Part shown: positions 55,248 through 64,000 of the stretch, in pieces
Position numbering within the stretch: the first letter of the stretch is position 1
Layout of the letters: each line of letters opens with the position of its first letter
NCBI GenBank assembly: GCA_012295275.1
Contig: CM022678.1
Location: 8,308,001-8,372,000 of the forward strand
Length of the DNA stretch: 64,000 nucleotides
DNA from: Chrysomallon squamiferum
Lineage: Eukaryota > Animalia > Mollusca
Direction of reading: 5' to 3'
The notes under the pieces: model-generated
The model's database searches: none
Told to the model about the DNA's origin: nothing
Seen by the model: only the letters and a program-made list of their open reading frames with translations
Position numbers and translations under genes: made by a program

Positions 55248-58200
55248 CTGGAAACCCATCCATATTTCTTCCTGTCTTCTGGGCTTCTTGTTTACAATAA
55301 AAGTTGGTGTAACCTTTACACCTCTTCTTTTCAGTATCAGTCTGTGATGTAGATAATAACACACCTCCTTAACTTCAGGTCTTCTCACATCTTCCTTTTT
55401 AATAGAAAAACAAAACAAAAGACATTAATGTTCACATCTCATTATGCACTGAACTCTTTATAAAGTGAAAACTGAAATTTAATGTGCTGCTTCCAAAAAC
55501 TTTGAAAAAGAAGCAAGATCAATATAAAAAACAAATAATAATAATAAAAAGGAAAAAATTCAAAGTATGTCACTGGGAAAAATGAATATTTTACTTAATT
55601 TACTGTTTCACTGTTGATTAGTAAATGTCGGTTTTGAGATTTTTCATGTGTTTCTGTGGAAAATACGTCTTCTTCATGCTTCTTATAGTTTTAAATAATG
55701 AGTTTTCATTGTTTTTTTATGAAACAAAATTAAAATTTATATATTTTCTATTACTGATAATGAAAAACGCATAGACTGTTCAGTGTTAATAATAATAAAT
55801 AAATAAATAACAAAACAATATATATATGTATTTTTAAATTCTTATTCAGTTATTGTTTAAGAAAATGGAAACTGATATAAACATTACAATCTAAGACTTG
55901 TCTAATTCCATACCATAAAGTTCTGTATCGTTACTTTGTTTGATGTCTGCCTTGATGTCATAAACATATTAATAAGTGAACATTTCTTATCAGCGAATAC
56001 AATATTATCTGTTCTTGTTCAATAGTAAATGCAGATAAAATTTATTTTTTTGTTTTGTTTTTTAGCAGATGCAAAGCCACATGTGAGTCAGAAACAAGTC
56101 TCAATTTCGACTTTAGTTTCACATCATCCAAAAGAAAAAAGACTACTGTGAATAAAAACAACAACAACAAAAAAATAAAACAACAACATAACTACTGAGA
56201 GGTAATGAGAAAGAGATCACAGCTACCTGTACTGCAGAATTAGAAACACCAAGACAACATTTTCCTAAACCACTCACATTTCCATTTTTAATGACCTCTT
56301 TGAGAAGATCACCAGGATTTCAGAGGTAGTCCAGAGAATCAAGAATTTCAGCTGCCTGACTTTTTTGTTACTGCAGCTGAAAAACAGAATTAACATATTA
56401 AGAATAATAAAAAAAAAATTCAGTAATAACATGAAAATATTTTTAAAACAGTGTTTAATCTGGAAAATGCTGTCCTAGATTCCAGTGGGAAAATGGATTC
56501 TCAGAGAGGAAACTAATTTAATCCTAGGATTAAAGTATTTATACAATTACAAAGAATTACAGTCTTGCTGTTTTTTCTGCTTTGCAAATTTGACACATTG
56601 GACAAATGTCTGAAGATGCTATGAGTCAATGTGAGATACAGCAAAGACTCTGAGTATTTCAAAGTCCACACTGCAACACTGTGTGACAAAGACGAAACAT
56701 CTCGACGTGACCTCCAAGCCAAAGAACAAGAATAATCTGGTTTTTGATGCAGCTACCTAAGTGTGGACAGTGTCAGAAATGTCACACACAACAATGAAAT
56801 GTACACAGTGATATAACCCATTTAGCTATTCTGGTGGAAATCACTACAACAACTCTGACCACTGCTGATCCCTGGCAAAAACCGCAAAGGATCACACAAA
56901 ATACATGAAATAAATAAATAAATAAATAAATAAATACCCTACAGCTTCATTATGACATCTTCATTATGAAAGTTTTTATGTGTCTTATTTATCCAGTTAA
57001 AATAAATTTCAGTCCATCTTATGTGTTAAATTTTCTTATTTCCTGTAAAATGTAATTTTCTAACAACAATAAATAATATTACTCAAAAAGAACTTACCTT
57101 TTTTTCCACTACTGATGCTGCATGCTTTCTTCTCAAAACATCTAGGAACTGTAGGAACTGCTGACAGACAAAAGTATTCTGGCTGGAAACGGTTTCTATG
57201 GTTTCTATTAGTATTACTGCTGACATTTTCAACATGAGATAAAATGTCAGACTCTTTCAAGCTGATAATCACACAGGCAGTGTCTGTAAATAAAAGAGTT
57301 TCTAAATAAAAATAATAATATTACTGATATGGAATTAATTGCATAAAATGACGTTGTACTGATGAAATAATAGTTGACATAACCTGTTTAACATGATTAG
57401 AAAGAACTTTAGAAATAATTTTATAATCTGCATGTAATAAATAGACTAATATAGGTCTGAAATTTTTAAGGTCTGCTTTATCTCAGTTTTTCTTGTAAAA
57501 AAAAAAGACTAATTACCCCTTTTTTCATATTCCATGACATTTCCTCTTTTTTAATTGACACAACAAAATTTTCAAAATTCCCCACAACAGTGCTATTTCA
57601 CAATCCTATAGGGCAGGTGGGCAAACAGTAATGTCCTTTGACAAAACAGACTGAAACTAGTCTATTTACAAATTAGGGGTGTGACAGGTTGTTATGGGTG
57701 ACATGATTAGTTTCAAACTCTAAACTTTGACAACTAACATGTACAAGTTTTGAATTAGATGGTAGAATGGCTGTGGAAAAGGTCTGCTGAAATTCACAGT
57801 GGAATGGTTCAAATTAAAAACCAGTGCAACAACTTGGACAAAGTCTCTGTGACTCGTACACAAGTGTTTTGATAACACCAGATTAAAAATATGAGTGTTT
57901 AAAAGTTTGAAACGTTATCAATATTTCTCTGATGGATGTGTGCAAAGCCTTGAGTCCACAAGCGTAAAAGACCATGCTGCCTGTCATGGACTTTTTGTTT
58001 ACCTGGAATCGATGGCTAAAAGGGTCTCAGTATTGTATGTTCTGTATATATAATATGTATGTATGTAAATGTGCGCACACACACACATGTACCTACGTAT
58101 ATATAACGTTTTTCTGTATGTATGTATACATAAGCATAATATTAATATACATAAATGCTGTTACCTAGCCTTCTATGCTCCCACCTACAAAAATGGGAGG

Positions 58201-61200
58201 CTATATGCTTACACACACACACAGTGTAATTGAAAACCCACCTCTCAAAACAATTCAGTTCCAGATCAAGGGTAGCAGTTGCCCCTCCCCCACAGAATTA
58301 CTACAAACATTGTTAGGTGTAATTAGTTGAAACATGCACAAGTATACATACTTTATGCTTAAAAAAGTAGCAGCTCTATAAATAAACCATTTATTTTTGA
58401 GTAACATATAATTGTTATATTGAAGATTGTACCTTTATCCACATACTCACACAAACACGTAAAACTTGTACATAGATGTCTGCAACTGTAACAGTTGATA
58501 ACTGAACAATGATTATAGCCTCCCATTACAGAATGATTGCTTTTGCCCACCAATTTGCAAGTAGGGCTATTTTGCCGAGATCTCGCAATTTGCATCCTTG
58601 AATTACCCAGCAACAGGCACATGTGCAGTGGAATGCGAAATATCTCAATTAACAGTTGACTCTAAAACCCAATATATTACAATTGGGAAAATTCACTTTT
58701 CTTTTGAAAAGCAAGTTACTGTCACAAACACAATTAAAAACTAATTCTTTGCTTGGACAGGTATACCCTATTAAATGAGATAATAAGAATAACAAAGAAA
58801 TAATAAAAATAAATAGCCATTTATAATATTTTATGTTAAAACTATTTTTAAAATCTGTATTTCATAAATGTTGTGTCACCAGATGAATTGCTGCTATCAT
58901 TTTACTGTTATTGACCTGTTATCTTTGTCAATAGAACAACATTAAAACCATTTTTCTCAAGAATCTAAATCAAATACAACAAGGTGTAACAAAAAGGGCA
59001 GTACGTGATGTAAATGAATATTTTATAACAGAGCTGGGATCCTTCATCCACTTTGTTCAGATTGTAGTCAGCCAATGTTTCACCAGAAATCTTCACAGTC
59101 AGGTAGACTTGTAGTGTCTCACACCAGAGAACTGTGTGAAATAACAAAAATATGTGAAATTTAAAAAACAATCACATTTAGCCATCATCACAGAAGCCAT
59201 AAAACAAATCTTTATAATAATAACAATAATAAAATATAAATAACAATAATGATGATGATGATTAAAAACGGATAAATAAGTTATAATAATAATAATGATG
59301 ACCGTAACAAGAAAAACAATAAACTGCAATCATAAATAAATAAACAATCCATTTAATGAAGGACCCTGTCTAATAATAAAGATTTTTTTCATGATTTTTT
59401 CTTTTCATTTTTTAATTATTTTCCCCTATCCTTGACAATTTTAGGCTACTTAATTATTGCATAAATACATTAAATTCCTTGCAAAAGTTAGAGAGAAATA
59501 AAACTTTTGCTACATACCAGAGGAAAGTGATTTCAGCTGTTTTAGATAATCCTCACAGGTTCCTTTTTGATAAAACAAAATTGGAATCTATGAAAAGAAA
59601 AAAGAAATCAGAAAAGACATCACATCACCAATAGCACATCAAAGTGCTGAAGAAGGATTTCCACTTTCAACAAGCAGTCACAGTTTCTGAAATACTGAAC
59701 ATAGAAAAAATTAAGCATATAACAAAATACATGCATACAAATAAAATAAATGGTTATAGTTAAAAAGTTTTATCTAATTATATATTTCTCAACATAAAAT
59801 ATTTAAATAACCTTTTTAACAATAATACAAATATAAAATTTCCTGACTATAAGACAATTATTTCTCTACTATTTGAAATTTTAGAGATCATACATTACTT
59901 TACTTTTCATATTACAGAAACATACACCAGGAAATTCTAATCCTGTATAAATGAACAAATATACATATTATTTAATAAACCAATACATTTTCTTTGTTAG
60001 TAGAGTATCAGACACTGAAATGACACTTAGATGGTTCATCTGGTGTTGGGATTCATGAAACATTTCCAGTTATGTCCCAAAAATAAAAATACATCAGCTG
60101 TGATGGGTGATGTTTGAGGAGGTTATCTCCTAGGCTTTTGTCGGAGATGTTGTCCTCTTTCTGGGAGTATCTGTGTTTTCTCTTTCCTCTGCTTTTGAAT
60201 GATTTAAGTGTTTTTCTTTGGCTGGTTTTAGCTCAGCTGACATTAAAGGTTCAACTTTGACACGACATTAACCAAGAAAGTGGACAACTCACTGGTCTGA
60301 CTCTGATTGGTGGGTGCCTCATCTGAGTAGATAAATAAATAAACAAATCAATCAATCAATAAAATACTGAATCAAATATTAAATAAATAAACAAACACAG
60401 AAACAAACAATCAAATAAATAAATAAAATATTAATCAGTTTTCTTTCTTTTTTCCCACCAATTCTACAAAGAAACAGTTTATTTTAGATTGTTATTGCTA
60501 TAATTACTTCAACAAAAACAACAACTACTACTATAACTGCTCCTGTTGCCACAGCTACTTTTCATTTTACTTTTAACATAACAATTTCTCATTTAACTGT
60601 CATATACTCACACTCCCTCTCTATTTGTTATACTACTATTGCAACAACAAAATTACTATTAATACTTCTACTACTACTACAACTAGTACTATGACTACAG
60701 CTAATATTTTTCTGACCATTAGTAACACAAAATACATTATGATCACAAAGCCTCACTGGCTAAAATATCACCTATTACTACAAACAAGAACTATTATTAT
60801 TAAGTACTAAAGCTATAACAACTACACTTTGCAACAATGGGTTGTACTACTATTCTTCTAATCAAAATCTTTTCTGACCAATGGAAGTATGGTTTTGGAA
60901 GTGTACTAAGTTAGGAAGCTATTTTATACTACAATTACATTACTTATTATTATTAACATCTCTGTGCATTCTGCTGTCTGTGTGTGACCCATCCTCAAGT
61001 TTAGGTAACAACACTTGTCAGTTTTGTGGTATGTTTCTGAAAAAGTAAAAACAAATATAATTTAATTTTTTATTGTTTTTATTAGTAACATTATTTGTTG
61101 TTATATGTATATAAATGCCATCTACTGATAGAATGTTTGTTGAAAAATCAGTATCTTTTAAACAAATTTCATTATAACCTGATAATTGATAAACATAAAT

Positions 61201-63663
61201 TCTGCTAAAATGCAATAAATCTGAAATAAAGAAGAAATATTTTATTTAAGAACACACACCACGTTTTTTGTATCACTAGTTCTTTTGATCATAAAAGGTA
61301 AATAACAATACAGCTAATGAAAAAGAAAACCTGTTTCTGCAATATAAAGTGACACCTTTTTTAAACAAGAAGTCAAAAATCTACTTTTAATATACAAATT
61401 TCCAGAGAAAAAAAAAATAAATAAATATCATTAACATTAAATCAATAGATAAATTTTCTTTTGTAAATAATTTTGAATAAAATTCATAAGCATATTCTAA
61501 TATATCTTCCATTTACTGTTTTTAGTTCTTTAATAGAATTCGATTTCTGTTTTCATTTTTGTGAACTGAAAAATATGACGTATTTCTATCCATATCTAGA
61601 TTCCACTGAGCTTCAGATCTTAAAATAGCACCATTACACTTAGAGTTAGATCTCTCAGTTAATTGTAACATTTGTTCTAAAATTTGTATGTTACTCAAAT
61701 CATTATGCTTATTTATAGCAAGTTTAACATATTCCTATTTTAAAGCATTTTGCATATTGTAATATTTCTTGTTGTCTAATTTACTCTTATTTAGTGCAAA
61801 ATGTTTTATATTTTAAGTTATTTGATCAAACAACAGGTTCAGTCTGTAACAAAGAACACTCAGAAGCATTATTAATTACTTCAACAAGAGCTTTACAAAA
61901 AAGTTCATCTTTCAACAATTCATTATTAAAGATCCAAATACCTTGACTTCTCTCTACACAAAGAAAAATCTGTTTAAAAGTGATAAAATATTATGTTCAC
62001 TAAGAACTATTATATAGGATATGTACTAATTACTTATAAACAACAAATAAATATCTAGAAATTAAAAACAAATCAGACCTTGACTGTTTTATAATTTTTT
62101 CAACAAGTAGAAATCTAGTAAATTGTTTTTTTATCTGGATTTCACCAAATATCAACTAAATTATAATTATAAATAACTGACTGTAATTCATTACTACTTT
62201 TCATACTGTTTAATGCCTAAATCTAAATTAGGATCTAAAATTTCAAAACCTCTGCCATTACTGTATTTAAAAAATAAATGAAACAAATCCTTTACAATGA
62301 AAAAATTCTTTCTTCAATATTTTGTATACTACAATTACTTTATAACATTATTATAGACTCTCTATTGCTTTTAAAATAGCTTTTCTTATTCTTTGTATTT
62401 GAATATAAAATTACCATTACAAAAAAAAAAGAATGTTATCTTGATATTAACATTCATAAATTTACTTTATGTGTGATATATAAGTTTTTAGAGAAACTTC
62501 TCTGTCTGTTCTGCTGTCTGTGTGTGTCCCATTCTGTTGTTTAGGTGGCAACACTTGTCTGTTTTGTGATATATGTCTGAAAAAGTAAAAACAAAGATAA
62601 TTTAATTTTTATTATTTTTATTAGTAACATTATTTGCTGTTATATGTATATAAATGCCATTTACTGATACAAATGGATGTTTGTTGAAACATCAGTATCT
62701 TTTAAACATATTTCATTATAACCTGATTATTGATAAACATAAGTTCTGCTAAAATAAAACAAATCTGAAAAAAAGAAGAAATATTTTATTTAAGAACATA
62801 CACTACATGTTCTTTTTACTAGTTCTTTGTATCTTAAAAGGTAAATATCGATACGTTAATGAAGTGACAACTTTTTTAAACAAGCAACCATCCATTTTAA
62901 ATAATAAAATTGTCTTTTTTGATAGGTAAAAACATCATTCAGTATATACACTAAAACTAAATATTTTTATCATATATTTACCATTTATTTTCCAAAATAT
63001 AAAATGAAGAAAATAAACTTTAACAGAGCCAAACAAACTCATTTTAATAAAAGAAGATTTAAAATGTTTAGTAATTAACAAAATAATAAAAAAAAATAGT
63101 AAAAATAAAAACAAATAAGTATAAGTATATGTATGACAATGAATAATCAATAAATATAAATAAAACAACAGAATACCTGATGGCCGGGACAGCACATTCT
63201 ACCGAAACAGCTTCACTGGCATATGCCAACATTAGCGCATCAGTTAGAGCTGTATGTGCCAAAACAAATAATAATAAATAAACAGTTATAATAAATAGCT
63301 AATACTTCTTTATTATTAAGATTTACATTGTAATGGTATCAGTTACTGGACTGTTCACACAATATGGGCTGTGGGATATTTTCAATGTACATTGTCAATA
63401 ATAAATAATTTTTCTGAGTAATGCCTAATCATTATAATGATGATAAAAAAATAATTAACAAAACAACAGCAAATAAGTGATTATCATTACGATATTCTAT
63501 AATCAATAAATTATAAAGAGTTGCTACAGAACTTATTTTACTCTCTAATACCCAAAAATAAAATTAAAAACTCACATCTCAGAATGGTGCAGTCTGCATA
63601 AGAATGGTTTCCTAACAGGTGATTCATCCTTCTCCATGATGTAAATTCCCTTTCTTGACAGAC
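55248..63663 (-). other. Multi-exon minus-strand transcription unit with unknown product (decayed gene or lncRNA)
   Basis: Exon-like segments with canonical AG/GT ends lie at 63576-63663, 63177-63249, 59518-59587, 57098-57283 and 55248-55394, each with an open frame. Other exon-like blocks (about 59990-60322 and 56227-56377) contain stops. No domain was recognised. Confidence 0.45.
60960..62885. repeat. Direct duplication of about 400 bp (60960-61370 and 62500-62885)
   Basis: Shared sequence tctgctgtctgtgtgtg.ccca...ctgaaaaagtaaaaacaaa...aaatctgaaa.aaagaagaaata...taaaaggtaaata. Confidence 0.92.
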
Positions 63664-63816
63664 CTGAATAATAATGCAATGACGTACGAAAAATAGAAAT
63701 ACTAACAGTAAATACAATGTTTATTATTTTGTGTAAGAACATGATATTTTTTGTTATCAATCAACATTTCAACCGTCATTTGTCAGATAAATGCATTTTT
63801 CTCTGCTTATTATATG

Positions 63817-64000
63817 ATTATCGTTTGTGAATGTAATAATAAATGTATTTACATATGAAATTGCCAACCCACGCACTCAAACTCTCTTTCTCTCTGACAA
63901 TACGGTGAACACCTCTCTTTCTGTTTCTTTCACACATACAGTGATAGTGATACACATTAATTTGATTAAACATTACATCATGATCATCATCATGTTTACC
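63817..64000. repeat. Block homologous to 12330-12546
   Basis: attatcgtttgtgaatgt.ataataaat.tatttacatatgaaattgccaac...gacaatac...cacacataca.tgata...catcatgtttac occurs at both sites. Confidence 0.9.

Noticed and set aside
58168-58210. Helentron-like end (ttctatgctccca...tgggaggctata hairpin)
   Set aside because: Only a 6-bp stem is present, with no partner end or internal repeat, which is too weak to call.

Overview
This is AT-rich, intron-containing animal DNA full of microsatellites. It is probably from an invertebrate, plausibly a mollusc or other lophotrochozoan; that is an inference from the repeat and gene types. There are no prokaryotic features, and a 200-N scaffold gap lies at 41952-42151. 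The left 13 kb is a tandem cluster of minus-strand C2H2 zinc-finger genes: two coding exons plus the 5' end of a third gene. Both coding exons are cut short by a single lesion, with extra fingers stranded past the stop. Head-to-head with the cluster is a plus-strand spliced gene of about 124 aa whose last exons resemble the N-terminus of immunity-related GTPases. It is followed by a decayed piggyBac and decayed EGF exons. LINE fragments, MITE-like remnants and many minisatellites are scattered throughout. The most striking non-coding signal is a duplicated, almost invariant 250-bp block (32273-32524 and 33701-33952). It holds a palindrome that matches the Mad/Medea/Schnurri BMP element GRCGNC-N5-GTCTG on both strands. 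Next to it is a nested repeat-within-repeat array (34786-37400). The right end carries unidentified spliced exons. All identifications were made by eye; no database searches were run.
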